Assembly (NCBI GenBank): GCA_038087875.1
Contig: JAXLNO010000442.1
Span: 1-54,850 of the forward strand
Length of the DNA stretch: 54,850 bases
Reading direction: 5' to 3'
Source of the DNA: Malacoraja senta
Taxonomy: Eukaryota
The position numbers and the translations under genes are program-made. How positions within the stretch are numbered: position 1 is the first letter of the stretch; each line of letters opens with the position of its first letter. Below, one piece after another: positions 10,585 through 23,921 of the stretch. The notes beneath the pieces are model-generated. The model was given only the letters and a program-made list of their open reading frames with translations. It ran no database searches and was not told where the DNA came from.

Positions 10585-11310
10585 TCAAGTTGGGAAAAGG
10601 GGAAGTACAACGGGATCTGGGGGTCCTTGTACGTCAGTCTATGAAAGTAAGCATGCAGGTACAGCAGGCGGTGAAGAAAGCGAATGGCATGTTGGCCTTT
10701 ATAACAAGAGGAATCGAATATAGGAGCAAAGAGGTCCTTCTGCAGTTGTACAGGGCCCTAGTGAGACCACACCTGCAGTATTGTGTGCAGTTTTGGTCCC
10801 CTAATTTGAGGAAGGACATTCTTGCTATTGAGGGAGTGCAGCGCAGGTTTACAAGGTTAATTCCCGGGATGGCGGGACTGTCATATGCTGAGAGAATGGA
10901 GCAGCTGGGCTTGTACACTCCAGAGTTTAGAAGGATGAGAGGGAATCTCATTGAAACATATAAGATTGTTAAGGGCTTGGACACACTAGTGGCAGGAAAC
11001 ATGTTCCCGATGTTGGGGGATTCCAGAACCAGGGGCCACAGTTTAAGAATAAGGAGTAAGCCATTTAGAACGGAGACGAGGAACTTTTTCTCACAGAGTG
11101 GTGAGTCTGTGGAATTCTCTGCCTCAGAGGGTGGTGGGGGCAGGTTCTCTGGATACTTTCAAGAGAGCTAGATAGGGCTCTTAAAAATAGCGGAGTCAGG
11201 GGATATGGGGAGAAGGCAGGAACGGGGTACTGATTGGGGATGATTACATTGAATGGCGGTGCTGGCTCGAAGGGCCAAATGGCCTACTCCTGCACCTATT
11301 GTCTATTGTG
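10585..11310 (+). mobile_element. CR1-like LINE, 5'-truncated
   Basis: QRDLGVLV...KANGMLAFITRGIEYRSKEVLLQLYRALVRPHLQYCVQFWSP; (CTATTGT)n tail. Confidence 0.92.
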
Positions 11311-12378
11311 TCTATCTTCGGTATAAGCAGCATCTGCAGTTCCTTTCTACGCACTTTATGTTATCTTTGTCTTGTTTATGATCTTAATGATGTTAACTAT
11401 CTTTTTAATGCTAAAAACAGAGGTGTGACCCATAATTAGGTGGACTGCTCTTCTAGCTATTACACAGCTGGGAGTAAAATTAATTTATTGTCCTAATCTG
11501 ATTGTTTACTCCAAAAAAAGCTTGTAGATTATGGTTTGGCATGGAGCTTGTGTCTAGATTCAACAATTGAAGTAGTAAAATGTATTGTGGCATTGAGGGG
11601 ATAGATTTGAAGTAACATTTTTCAGTTACTGTGACAGTGTGAATTTGTTGCAATATCCAATTTTGGAATGTATGTGGAATTTCTTGCTGGGGTTTACAAA
11701 AACAAGGACACATTGAACATAGGAACAGGCCTTGATATCGCACTTCCAGCCTGCTCCACCAGTCAGCGTAGTGGTGACTGTTCCTGTGTCTCAGCACCAC
11801 GTTCCTGCTCTCTCTCTCTCTCTCATATCCCATGAAGCCTCCTCCTGAAATGGATTCAGCGACTCTGTGCTGACAAATTCCACAGCTTCCCCATCCCCTG
11901 CCTGTTCCTCTCTTGCCCTGTAACGCAAAACTGTAACTCTTTCGCGACATCAGGCCGCAGGAAACTTTTCCACACATCTCCTTGTCTGGTCCCATCAGAA
12001 TTTTATGAGTTTATAATATAGATGCCAAGCACTTGTGTTACGGTCAGATGGTGTTGAGGAATTTGTCTGAATGCTGGAACCCACATTGTGATCTGGCTGT
12101 CATTTTCCTTTTGGTGTTGGCAGGTGCTTGTATATGTGCTTTCTTGCTGAGTCCCACTGGCTTAACACTTTCTGGTATATGACAGCAACATTTTTCTTCT
12201 TCTCAGTCCTTACAGATTTTCTCCACCTGCTATTCACAGTTCTGGCTTGCTTTTGTCTTTGAACTGTACAGTCAGTGGGAAACATGTTGTGGCATCGCCT
12301 TCAAATGCCTTTTTTTAAAGCAATGTGATCAATATCTCATCCCATCAATATCTCCAAGCCTACCACAATTATCATTAC

Positions 12379-12583
12379 AAGGCCTGTCCCACTTAGGCGA
12401 TTATTTTGCCGACTACAGGCGACTGCCGCAAAATTTTCACCATGTTGAAACATTTTCGGTGACAGTGGCGACAATCTTTGCTGTTGAAGGTTGACGTAGG
12501 TGCTGTCATAGGTTGTCGCCGGGTGTCGTAGGCGAATTCCATTAAAACTAGTCCCTGGCAGTCGCCCAAGTGGGACAGGCCCT
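12379..12583. mobile_element. Non-autonomous TIR element (MITE), GGCCTGTCCCACTT termini
   Basis: GGCCTGTCCCACTT...AAGTGGGACAGGCC. Confidence 0.8.
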
Positions 12584-12709
12584 TTACTTTTCTTATTTTC
12601 CCTCCTCCTTACTCAAAGATCTAGTTAGAAATCTCGGTGTGAAGAACATTCAAATACCTTTTACCACCAAAGCGTTTCTGAAATGGTCTCTTCTAGTTTT
12701 ATTTGAGTC

Positions 12710-13058
12710 GATTGTTAAGGGCTTGGACACGCTAGAGGCAAGAAACATGTTCCCGATGTTGGGGGAGTCCAGAACCAGGGGCCACACACAGTTTAAGAAT
12801 AAGGAGTAAGCCATTTAGAACGGAGACGAGGAAACACTTTTTCTCACAGAGAGTGGTGAGTCTGTGGAATTCTCTGCCTCAGAGGGTGGTGGAGGCAGGT
12901 TCTCTGGATGCTTTCAAGAGAGAGCTAGATAGGGTCGGGGGATATGGGGAGAAGGCAGGAACGGGGTACTGATTAGGGATGATCAGCCATGATCACATTG
13001 AATGGCGGTGCTGGCTCGAAGGGCCGAATGGCCTACTCCCGTACCTATTGTCTATTGT
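12710..13058 (+). mobile_element. CR1-like LINE 3' end
   Basis: Same subfamily as 10585-11310. Confidence 0.88.
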
Positions 13059-13607
13059 CGATGCAGACTGGGAGGTGTTCTGTAATTTTTAAATATCTTG
13101 TATACTAACGTTTTTCCAAGGAGAATAGGTTAACTGCTTTCAAATGACGCAACGGGAGTGCTGTGGAAAGATTTTTCACTGCAGAGAGTTAGTGAATATT
13201 AGCCCAGTTTCTAACTCCACAGGCTACCTAATGTGCTGTGTAAGAAAGAACTGCAGATGCTGGTTTAAATTGAAGGTAGACACAAAATGCTGGAGTAACT
13301 CAGCAGGTGAGGCAGCATCTCAGGAGAGAAGGAATGGGCGGCATTTCGGGTCGAGACTGAAGAAGGGTCTCCACCCGAAACGTCGCCCATTCCTTCTACT
13401 TCAGATAGCCCTTGCTTTCTCTCTCCATCCGCTTGCCCTTCCCAGTTCTCCCACTAGTCTTACTGTCTCCGACTACATTCTATCTTTGTCCCGCCCCCTC
13501 CCCTGACATCAGTCTGAAGAAGGGGGTCTCGACCCGAAACGTCACCTATTCCTTCGGTCCATAGATGCTGCCTCACCCGCTGAGTTTCTCCAGTATTTTT
13601 GTCTACC

Positions 13608-13935
13608 TTAAAATCCATCAGGCGAGAATGAAATGCTCGGAGAAGGAGAAAGAGGTGCAGTGCACAGGCCTTGAACCTGGTGAAATGCAGGAGGAGCCCG
13701 GCCAGGACTCACCCCACAGAGCCCAGTCCATCCACGCACTAGAATCTCCCAACCCCTGCAGAGTAGTTATTAAGATGGCTGATCCGGGGGCGGTTGCTGC
13801 TGGGACACAAGTCGGGACCTGATCAACCCCGGCTGGGTTGCCTGGGAGAGGGTGTCTGATGTTGTGAGACCCGAAACACCCGATGACCCCAGATCACATC
13901 CCTGAGGATGCGTCCCAGCGCATCTAGAAGACGTA
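13608..13935 (+). mobile_element. HERO-like non-LTR element, internally deleted
   Basis: LKIHQARMKC...EVQCTGLEPGEMQEEPG (N-terminal region) joined to ...AAGTQVGT stop and a 3' UTR with GATCAACCCCGGCTGGGT...GACCCGAAACACCCGATGACCCC; family recalled from fish HERO elements. Confidence 0.55.
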
Positions 13936-14509
13936 TTTTTTCCACATTATGTGTAAATACTTTTGCTGAATCTCCACGGTGTTAAAATTCGGGGCACTTC
14001 ATTCCTTCTGAGGAATCGGTGTGAAAATCTTTAGCCTCCTTGGAGAAAGATTACTTAGCTTTGGTTTTAAACTGTGATGGGGGAATTTACAGGGAATTTG
14101 AAGTAGTGCCTAATGGCGAATGGCAGAGAGAAGATGTATTCAAATGGAAATACTCCTCCTTTAAGACTTTCATTGGATTCCGCTGCTCTTGTAGATCAAT
14201 GTAGAGTAATCGAGCTGTACGGCCCCCACACCTTGTCTGTGTTGCATACTGGCAATTTGGCATACTGGGCTAGTCCCAATTGCTTGCATTTAGCCCTCAT
14301 CCCTCTAACTTTCCTATCCATATTTACCAATGATGAAGCTGCTGACGAAGTCGAGGATACTGGTTGTTTTAGAAATTTTGGATTGATTTGTTTTTCTTGT
14401 TTGGAAGATGGCAATAGACAATAGGTGCAGGAGTAGGCCATTCGGCCCTTCGAGCCAGCACCGCCATTCAATGTGATCATGGCTGATGGTTTTGGTTGAT
14501 ATTGAAATT

Positions 14510-15322
14510 AGTTCAAGTTCAAGTGAGTTTGTTGTCATCTGTCCATGATAGGACAATGAAATTCTTGCTTTGCTTCAGCACAACAGAACATAGTAGGCAT
14601 TGACTACAAAACAGATCAGTGTGTCCATATACCATTATATAAAGGTACACAAAAATGCTGGAGAAACTCAGCGGGTGCAGCAGCATCTATGGAGCGAAGG
14701 AAATAGGCAACGTTTCGGGCCGAAACGCTTCTTCGGCTCGAAACGTTGCCTATTTCCTTCGCTCCATAGATGCTGCTGCACCTGCTGAGTTTCTCCAGCA
14801 CTTTTGTGTACCTTCGATTTTCCAGCATCTGCAGTTCCTTCTTTACCATTATATAAATATATACACACATGAATAAATAAACTGATAAAGTGCAAATAAT
14901 AGATAATGGGCTATTAAAGTTCAGAGTTTTGTCTGAGCCAAGTTTAATAGCCTGATGGCTGTGGGGAAGTAGCTATTCCTGAACCTGGTTGTTGCAGTCT
15001 TCAGGCTCCTGTACCTTCTACCTGAAGGTAGCAGGAAGATGAGTGTGTGGCCAGGATGGTGTGGGTCCTTGATGATACTGCCAGCCTTTTTGAGGCAGCG
15101 ACTGCGATAGATCCCCTCGATGGAAGGGAGGTCAGAGCCGATGATGGACTGGGCAGTGTTTACTACTTTTTGTGGTCTTTTCCTCTCCAGGGCGCTCAAG
15201 TTGCCGAACCAAGCCACGATGCAACCGGTCAGCATGCTCTCTACTGTGCACCTGTAGAAGTTAGAGAGAGTCCTCCTTGACAAACCGACTCTCCGTAATC
15301 TTCTCAGGAAGTAGAGGCGCTG
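14510..15322 (-). mobile_element. Rex1/Babar-like LINE 3' fragment (Penelope-derived insert at 14644-14843)
   Basis: NFYRCTVESMLTGCIVAWFGN...DPHHPGHTLIFLLPSGRRYRSLKTATTRFRNSYFPTAIRLLN. Confidence 0.88.
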
Positions 15323-17225
15323 AATTAGAATAATGCTATTGGAGGATAACCATTCGGCCCATCATGCCTGTCTCTTGAGTTTGGGGAAAAACATCCTATT
15401 GTGTTTCCCTGGTCCTGTATATTTTTCAAGGCATTTTTTCCATCCCAATAAACTGCCTTCTGTTTAGGAGTTAGGAAAGAAAACTTTAAAAAGTGACGAT
15501 TTTAAAGAAGTGCTTTCTTAAATAGCTTTCTCGTGATTTCATGATTGTTGTGACTTGCCAGTGTTTCAGCGAATCATGTGGTGCCTTGCAGCGGCTTATG
15601 GACAGTGACGATCCCAGATTTAATTTCAGATTTGTCCTTGCGTTAACTGGTGTCCCACCCTGAGATGAGCCCACTCTGTGCTGGCAGGAAATTGAGCTTG
15701 GAATGTCATCGCCTAACTTGAGCAGCTGCTTCTCTACCGATTTAGTCACTGGAGGAGGCGGTTTTCAGCTTTACAAGCACTTGTACTCAACATTACTCGC
15801 CAGTGTACCACAAAAAACAGGGAAATAAGATTTTGTTTTAGAGGAACACCCTGGAAACGGGCCCTCCGGCCCACCGAGTCTGCGCCGACCAGCGATCACC
15901 CCGTACACTAACAATATCGTACTGATTAGGGACAATTTACAGAAGACAAGTAACCTACAAACCTGTACATCTTTGGAGTGTGGGAGGAAACCGGAGCAAA
16001 CTAACGCGGTCACTGGGAGAACATACAGAAGAGCACACTTAGGCTCTACCTGCTGTGCCACCGTGCCGTCCCTATCTTCAGAAGTTAGCAAACTAGCATC
16101 ATAGGGTCATTTTGCAGCTTCGGGAAAACATGCCAAAAATGGACACAAAATACGGGAGTAACTTAGTGAGGAAATATTATTCAATAAAATTGCTCAAATT
16201 ATAATTTCTGTGTGAGGAACTTGTGTTAAGTTGCAAGAGAAGGGCTTGGAGTTGGGGCTTTCAGAAATACATGTCTCCACAAAGAAATAAAAAATGGACA
16301 CAAAATACGGGAGTAACTTTGTGGATCAGGCAGCAACTCAGGAGATCATGGATAGGTGTTGTTTCGGCTCGGGTCCCTTCAGAATCAAGTTCTTTGTTTC
16401 TGCAAATATGCCAAAGTTAATACCTATTTGGTACATAATTCCAATTTTACATAATTCCCCAGATAAAGGGAAAATTCCATTGGATTGGAAAATAGCACAT
16501 TTCATTCAAAAGGGTGGTGACAGAAATCGGTAAACTATAGATCAGCCAGCTTAATATCTGTTATTGGGAGAGTGTTGTGGAACATGTTATGGCCGTGTGC
16601 TAAAGAAATTATCCGGATGAAGTCATCGTGTTGCAGAGAAAATCATGTTTCACTAATTCATTGGAATTCTGTGGAAAAATAAGGTGCTGTGGATAAAAGG
16701 GAACCAATGGACTTCAGAAGACATGAGGTACAGCATCATAGGGTCAAGTAGAAAATAAAAGCTTGTCGGAGGCAATGTATGGGCAAAAATATGAGCTAGG
16801 TTGCTTAATGGGAATCAGTGGGAATTATTTTATCTGGCTGCCAAGATGTGACAAGTGGTATGCCCTAGGATTGGAGCTGGAGCTCAATTTCTGACAGTTT
16901 ATGTAAATAACGTGGATTATGCCATGGTTTCTAAATAGTGTCATAAGCAAAAATTGGGTAGAAAAGTTGTAACAAAGACATAAGGACGATACAAAGGGAT
17001 GCAGATAGTTACGTGAGTAGGCAAAGACCGTACAAATAAATGGCACAATGTGAAAAAAAATATATATATATATATATTTTGGAAGGAAAAATCAGAAAGA
17101 AGGATGTTGTCTAAATTTTGAGAGTTTGAAGAGTTTCAAGATACAGTGTCATCTGGTAGGCAGGTACATGATTCATAAAGTAATATGCAGGTACAGCAAG
17201 AAATACAAAAAGCAAATGTTATTTA

Positions 17226-17526
17226 CAGCTGCTCCTCGACCTACCATGGGGTTACGTTCCGATAAACCCATCGTAAATCGAAAATATCGCAAGTCGAAAA
17301 GGCATTTAATACAATGCGATCACGTGACTGGAGGGAGACAAAAATGCTGGAGAAACTCAGCGGGTGAGGCAGCATCTATGGAGCGAAGGAAATAGGCGAC
17401 GTTTCGGGTCGAGACCCTTCTTCAGAGTCAGGCACGTGACCGGAAGTGACGTGCGGCTCGCTGCTGTTGCCGAGCGTTAAGTCGAAATATCGGAAGTCGA
17501 AGCATCGTAAATCGGGGAACATCCCG
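17226..17526. mobile_element. Tigger/pogo-type MITE (Tigger5/MER47-like termini) with a Penelope-derived insert at ~17336-17426
   Basis: TA-CAGCTGCTCCTCGACCTACCATGGGGTTACGTTCCGATAAACCCATCGTAA ... CATCGTAAATCGGGGAACATCCCG-TA. Confidence 0.75.
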
Positions 17527-18217
17527 TATTGCTAAAGGAATTGGATATGAAATGAGGGTGGATATGCCTTGGTTCAGTAATGGAAGCAGATCCTGTGAAT
17601 ATTTTTAAGGCAATGATTGATTCTTGATCTCGAAGTGAAAGGTTAGGATGGGTTGATAGAAAGGCAGTGTTGAGGTTACAGTTTGATCAGCTTATAGTCA
17701 AGTCAGCCAATGGTGGAGCAGGTATGGGTGATGAGTGACTTTTTGAGCAAGTGATATACCAGGACATTGTCCAAAATGATGAATAAAATAATGGATACGT
17801 GTATGGCATCCAATTGTAATAAATGGGCAAAGTTCAACATTTGACCCATGGTCTATTCTGAATGAGTGAACCATGCATGCCAGTGCAAACAAGTCAAGAT
17901 TTCTACTGAATTAGATAGAGATTAAATAGGAGAGATTTGCATCAGGACGAGATACACTGCTTTAACCTGGTTCAGTAACAAGTTATCATTTAGACTCATA
18001 ACTCAACAATTTCCTCTCTGAGATATAACAGGAGGCAATGTTGGTGACAATAATACCTCCAGGGCAGGGAAACATGGTAGAGTGATGATGCACCAAGTGA
18101 TATATGAAAATAATTAAGTTTATTCTCATCAATGAGAACTGGGCATTAATGGCAAGGGTTATTGCTCATCCCTGATTGGTTTTGAAAAGGTGGTGGCAGG
18201 TTACCTTCTAATGCAAA

Positions 18218-18518
18218 GGTAGACAAGAATGCTGGAGAAACTCAGCGGGTGAGGCAGCATCTATGGAGCGAAGGAATAGGTGACGTTTCGGGTCGAGACC
18301 CTTCACAAAAATGCTGGAGAAACTCAGCGGGTCTGGCAGCATCTATGGAGAACATGAATAGGTGACGTTTCTCAGAGTGCTGGAGAAACTCAGCTGGTGA
18401 GGCAGCATCTGTGGAGAACATGGATAGGAGATGTATCACAGAGCGCTGGAGTAACTCAACGGGCCAGGCAGCATCTCTGGAGAGAAGGAATAGGTGACGT
18501 TTCGGGTCGAGACTCTTC
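18218..18518 (-). repeat. Tandem array of Penelope-derived terminal-repeat units (~4 units)
   Basis: TGCTGGAGAAACTCAGC...GCAGCATCT...ATAGGTGACGTTTC repeated. Confidence 0.85.
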
Positions 18519-19254
18519 AAATTCAAAAGAGTCAATAATATTCCTGTGGATTCAGAGATGTACATGTCGTCCAACTTTTTTAAAACTGGCACATTTTGTT
18601 CAAAAAGGATAACATAAACCAAAAGGGATATAAGAACAATTATTTAATTTCATGGTGTTTGTTGATATTGGCCGCTGTGTTTAAGGCAGACAAGGAGCAT
18701 GTTACAGTGAGTTTACAGGGAGTTCATAAGTTACAGGAGCAGAATTAGGCCATTCGGTCCATCAATTCTACTCCGCCATTCAATCATGGCTGATCTATCT
18801 TACCTCTCAACCCCATTCTTCTGCCTTCTCCCCATAACCTCAGACACCCGTGCTAATCAAGAAGCTGTCAATCTCCACCTTAAAAATATCCATTGACTTG
18901 AGGTGGGAATGGGTTCATGTAAGTTTCAAGGGAGCATGTGAACGGTGGTCCAAGTGAGTTCAGAGAGAATGTGGGAGTGGAGGTCCCGGTGAGTTTAAAT
19001 GGATTGTGGAAAATGGTTTCCCTTCAGTTTAAAGGGATCGCTGGAAACGGGGTCCTAGTGCGTTTAAATGGAATGTGGGAGCTCCAGGGTGGGTTGGCTT
19101 AAAGGTATTTTCTTTATTATAAAAGTTGAATTTCTTGTGAGTTGAAACCTTTTTGTATGTTCCCACATCTGAAAAAAAAAGTCAATTATTGTTCATCCTT
19201 CTCTGGTTCATGGTGTCAGTGAATGGGTGCATGCTGAAGTGACAATTGGACATT

Positions 19255-19868
19255 ATAGACAATAGACAATAGGTGCAGGAGTAGGCCATTTGGCCCTTCG
19301 AGCCATTCAATGTGATCTTGGCTGATCATCCCCAATCAGTACTCCGTTCTTGCCTTCTCCCCATATCCCCTGACTCCGCTATTTTTAAGAGCCCTATCTA
19401 GCTCTCTCTTGAAAGCATCCAGAGAACCTGCCTCCACCACCCTCTGAGGCAGAGAATTACACAGACTCACCACTCTCTGTGAGAAAAAGTGTTTCCTCGT
19501 CTCCGTTCTAAATGGCTTACTCCTTATTCTTAAACTGTGGCCCCTGGTTCTGGACTCCCCCAACATCGGGAACATGTTTCCTGCCTCTAGCGTGTCCAAG
19601 CCCTTAACAATCTTATATGTTTCAATGAGATACCCTCTCATCCTTCTAAACTCCAGAGTGTACAAGCCCAGCTGCTCCATTCTCTCAGCATATGACAGTC
19701 CCGCCATCCCGGGAATTAGCCTTGTAAACCTACGCTGCACTCCCTCAATAACAAGAATGTCCTTCCTCAAATTAGGGGACCAAAACTGCACACAATACTC
19801 CAGGTGTGGTCTCACTCTTTGCTCCTATATTCGATTCCTCTTGTTATAAAGGCCAACATGCCATTCGC
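19255..19868 (-). mobile_element. CR1-like LINE, 5'-truncated
   Basis: ORF 19336-19815 RPHLEYCVQFWSP...; tail. Confidence 0.92.
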
Positions 19869-20681
19869 TTACATGGGAAGGGTCGGTCCAAAGTTCACCA
19901 TCTCGACCCGAAACGTCACCTATTCCTTCGCTCCATAGATGCCGCCTCACCTGCTGAGTTTCTCCAGCATTTTTGTCTACCTTCGATTTTTCCAGCATCT
20001 GCAGTTCTTTCTTAAACATAAAAAATAAATAGATTTGTTTTTGACCAGCTCCCATCAAACTAAACTTCCACAGTGCTCTGCTGTGAGTTTGCTTTGAGGT
20101 ATGTTCAATTGATGAATGACTTTGAGAGTTCAGGCCTCAAGGCCATTCATTATTATTTTCTATTGGATTATTGATCCTTGCTGGCATTGATACTGAACTA
20201 TGGTTTATTATAAATATTCATTTGATTTAAAACATTGTAGAAATAATTGTGCCTCAAGTTGTTAGCTGTATTATTGAGTCAACTATTTAGTATTTTCATT
20301 AATTATCCTAAATCACATTCATCAGTACCAGTGACAATAGCTGTGAACAGCATTGGTTGTACAGTCCAATCACTTCTATTGAGTACCAGTGTTAGCATGT
20401 TTCTGCTTCTTCTTCTTCTTGCGTATGGCGTGCACAGCCTAAAGTTGCGGTCAACTTGTTCTATTTGATTGTGCACGTCGGGTTGATTGCATTAGTCGAA
20501 ACAAGGGCGGGCCACGTGAAGGTTGCAATCTCCCACCCCATCATGTTTCTAGTCAAGTCACATTTATTTCTATAGCACATTTAAAAAACAACTCTCGTTG
20601 GCCAAAGTGCTTTACATTTGTTATAAGAATAGTATAAACAAACAAACTACATACATATATACATATATACATATGTAGTTA

Positions 20682-21024
20682 GGACGACAGATGGCGCAAT
20701 GGGCTAAGTGTTCGGCTGGCAACCGGAAGGTAGCCGGTTCGAATCCCGCTTGGAGTGCATACTGTCGTTGTGTCCTTGGGCAAGACACTTCACCCACCTT
20801 TGCCTGCGTGTGAATGTGTGTGAGTGATTGGTGGTGGTCGGAGGGGCCGTAGGCGCAAATTAGCAGCCACGCTTCCGTCAGTCTGCCCCAGGGCAGCTGT
20901 GGCTACAGAAGTAGCTTACCACCACCGAGTGTGACTGAGGAGTGAATGAATAATGCGATGTAAAGCGCCTTGGGTATTAGAAAGGCGCTATATAAATCCA
21001 ATCCATTATTATTATTATTATTAT
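20682..21024 (+). mobile_element. tRNA-derived SINE with L2-like tail, copy 2, nested in an L2-like 3' fragment
   Basis: Same boxes and tail as 1317-1631; flanks join to match the uninterrupted element at 30170-30462. Confidence 0.85.
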
Positions 21025-21436
21025 ATACCCCTCGCTCAGAGGACGTCAAGAAAGGCTTGGGAGTATAGATACATTTTTAGTCTTGACTTAAAGGAGTCGA
21101 TGGAGGGGGCAGTTCTGATGGGGAAAGGGGATGCTGTTCCGCAGTCTAGGAGCTGCAACCGCAAAGGCGCGCCATTCTATGATCATAAGATGTAGGAGCA
21201 AAATCTCTGACGTTCAATCATGGCTGATCTATTTTTCACTCTCAACCCCATTCTCCTGCCTTCTCCCTGTAACCACTTGCTAATCAAGAACCTGTCAATT
21301 TCTGCTTTAAAAAATACCCAATGACTTGGCCTCCACAGATTCATCACCCTTTGGCTAAAGATATCCCTTCTCATCTCCTTTCTAAAGGTACGTCCTTTTA
21401 TTCTGAGGCTGTCCTCTGGTCCTATTCTCTCCCACT

Positions 21437-21802
21437 AGAAACATAGAAAATAGGTGCAGGAGTAGGCCATTCGGCACCGAGCCAGCACCGCCATTCGATA
21501 TGATCATGGCTGATCATCCAACTCAGTATCCCATCCCTGCCTTCTCTCCATACCCCTTGATCCCTTTAGCCACAAGGGCCACATCTAACTCCCTCTTAAA
21601 TATAGCCAATGAACTGGCCTCAACTACCTTCTGTGGCAGAGAATTCCACATATTCACCGCTCTCTGTGTAAAAAATGATTTTCTCATCTCGGTCCTAAAA
21701 GACTTCCCTCTTATCCTTAAACTGTGACCCCTAGTTCTGGACTTCCCCAACATCGGGAACAATCTTCCTGCATCTAGCCTGTCCAACCCCTTAAGAATTT
21801 AT
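21437..21802 (-). mobile_element. CR1-like LINE 3' end, second subfamily
   Basis: DRLDAGRLFPMLGKSRTRGHSLRIRG; (CTATGTTT)n tail. Confidence 0.88.
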
Positions 21803-23312
21803 AATTTAGAACCATCCACCACACCCACTCTATCCAGGCCTTTCACTATTCAATTGGAAATGTTATGGATTAATAGTCCGAATACGCATTTTCAATTCAG
21901 TGAAGTCCTTTGCTGCCTGGTGTTTCACAGTCTTGGCTCATTGGAATCAGAAACTATTATATTGTGTTTGATTGTCTACAATTGGTATTTCAACAGCATT
22001 AATTTGAATTTAAATTGTGTTTTAATAAACAAAAACCTTTTTCAGGTCCCTTTAAAAATAAATGAGTACTAATAAATATGAAGGCATTGTTAGGAGAAGT
22101 CCAAATGTTTTGTTTCAAGAAGAAAGGGGCTTAGGTGCAGGAGATAGCAGGATCAGGGTTCAAACGCATTCAACCATGAGCTGCCGCCCAAAACAGTCTC
22201 GCTGAATGGTGTTCTTTCCACTGTCTTTGTGTTTCTTCTACTGTTTTCCATGCCGGCTTCTCTCTCATGGTATTATCATTGTGTGCACTTTTTTAATCCG
22301 TTCCCTTATTCTCCTCTCCACTTTTGGCCCAGATACTGTTGAACAAATTCTTCCTCCTCCTCAACTTTACTGCATTGAATGCAACACATTTACCTTGCAA
22401 CTTGCTCCTTCTCATTATCTGCCCAACACTAAAAGCTCTCACCTGTTCACCAAATCTAGTTGATTGTCATGGCTACAAATATGATGAGGTACAGGTGCAA
22501 AGAAAATATTCCAAATTCTAAAATCAAAAGCTTGAAGTTGCTAGTTTCTTACATGCTTGGCTTTTCTGCTGATAGAAGAGGCAGACTGGGGTTTTTTCCC
22601 CTTTGTCTGTCGAGTATTGCCGTTTGTGGAAACCCTTTGACACCTCGTGTAAATAGCTGTCTGAGGCTTGAATTTGTTCCCAGGCTGGTCATTGACAGGT
22701 GGAGGCTGATGTTGGATTTGTACTGTTCTGCTTCAGTATCCCTTTAAGCAGAGCTAGCTGCACAATGATCACAAAGCCTAGTATTTCAAGGCAGATTGTA
22801 GTCAATAATAATTTGTGAAGACTAGATCAATTATATTTCGTCATTGTTCTTGACTAATGTGATAATTTTCAAAATGTTTTCTTGCGATTATGTTTAGTTA
22901 GCTTCATACAATAAATTCTTCATCCTTTAAGCTGTTGGTTGGTTTTTGTACCTGATTGTGCTCTATGATAGCAAAAATCTTATAAATCACCAGTTCTGCT
23001 GTTTAATTATAGAGACAGGAGTGTAGTTTAAGTTCTGCGATTGTTTTGGGAGTACAGTGTAAGTCTGCTTCATTTGACCGTGTGGTTATTTACACTGAAA
23101 TACTTTTGCCTGTTTAAACACAGATTTAAATTCACTGAAACCGAAATTTTTATCTCATCTCTTTAAACACGTTGCAATGTCTGTAATAGCGTCATCCTCT
23201 GGAATTTTGTGGCTGGGTTCCCATCAGAAACAGCTCTGGGTAGTTTAGATTTGTTTTCAGTCATTGCTGCACCAGAGGTTTAGAAACGGGCGCATACACT
23301 ACGAGAAATATA

Positions 23313-23921
23313 ATAGACAATAGACAACAGGTGCAGGAGTAGGCCATTTGGCCCTTCGAGCCAGCACCGCCATTCAATGTGATCATGGCTGATCATCCCC
23401 AATCAGCACCCCCCGTTCCTGCCTTCTCCCCATATCCCCTGACTCCGCTATTTTTAAGAGCCCTATCTAGCTCTCTCATGAAAGCATCCAGAGAACCTGC
23501 CTCCACCGCCCTCTGAGGCAGAGAATTCCACAGACTCACCATTCTCTGCGAGAAAAAGTGTTTCCTCGTCTCCGTTCTAAATGGCTTACTCCTTATTCTT
23601 AAACTGTGGCCCCTGGTTCTGGACTCCCCCAACATCGGGAACATGTTTCCTGCCTCTAGCGTGTCCAAGCCCTTAACGATCTTATATGTTTCAATGAGAT
23701 ACCCTCTCATCCTTCTAAACTCCAGAGTGTACAAGCCCAGCTGCTCCATTCTCTCAGCATATGACAGTCCCGTCATCCCGGGAATTAACCTTGTAAACCT
23801 ACGCTGCACTCCCTCAATAGCAAGAATGTCCTTCCTCAAATTAGGGGACCAAAACTGCACACAATACTCCAGGTGTGGTCTCACTAGGGCCCTGTACAAC
23901 TGCAGAAGGACCTCTTTGCTC
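23313..23921 (-). mobile_element. CR1-like LINE, 5'-truncated
   Basis: ORF 23393-23899; tail. Confidence 0.92.

Noticed and set aside
10590..11171. Long ORFs of 120-190 aa as host genes (also 14921-15283, 19336-19815, 23393-23899, 31781-32275)
   Set aside because: They are C-terminal fragments of CR1 or Rex1/Babar ORF2, repeated and 5'-truncated
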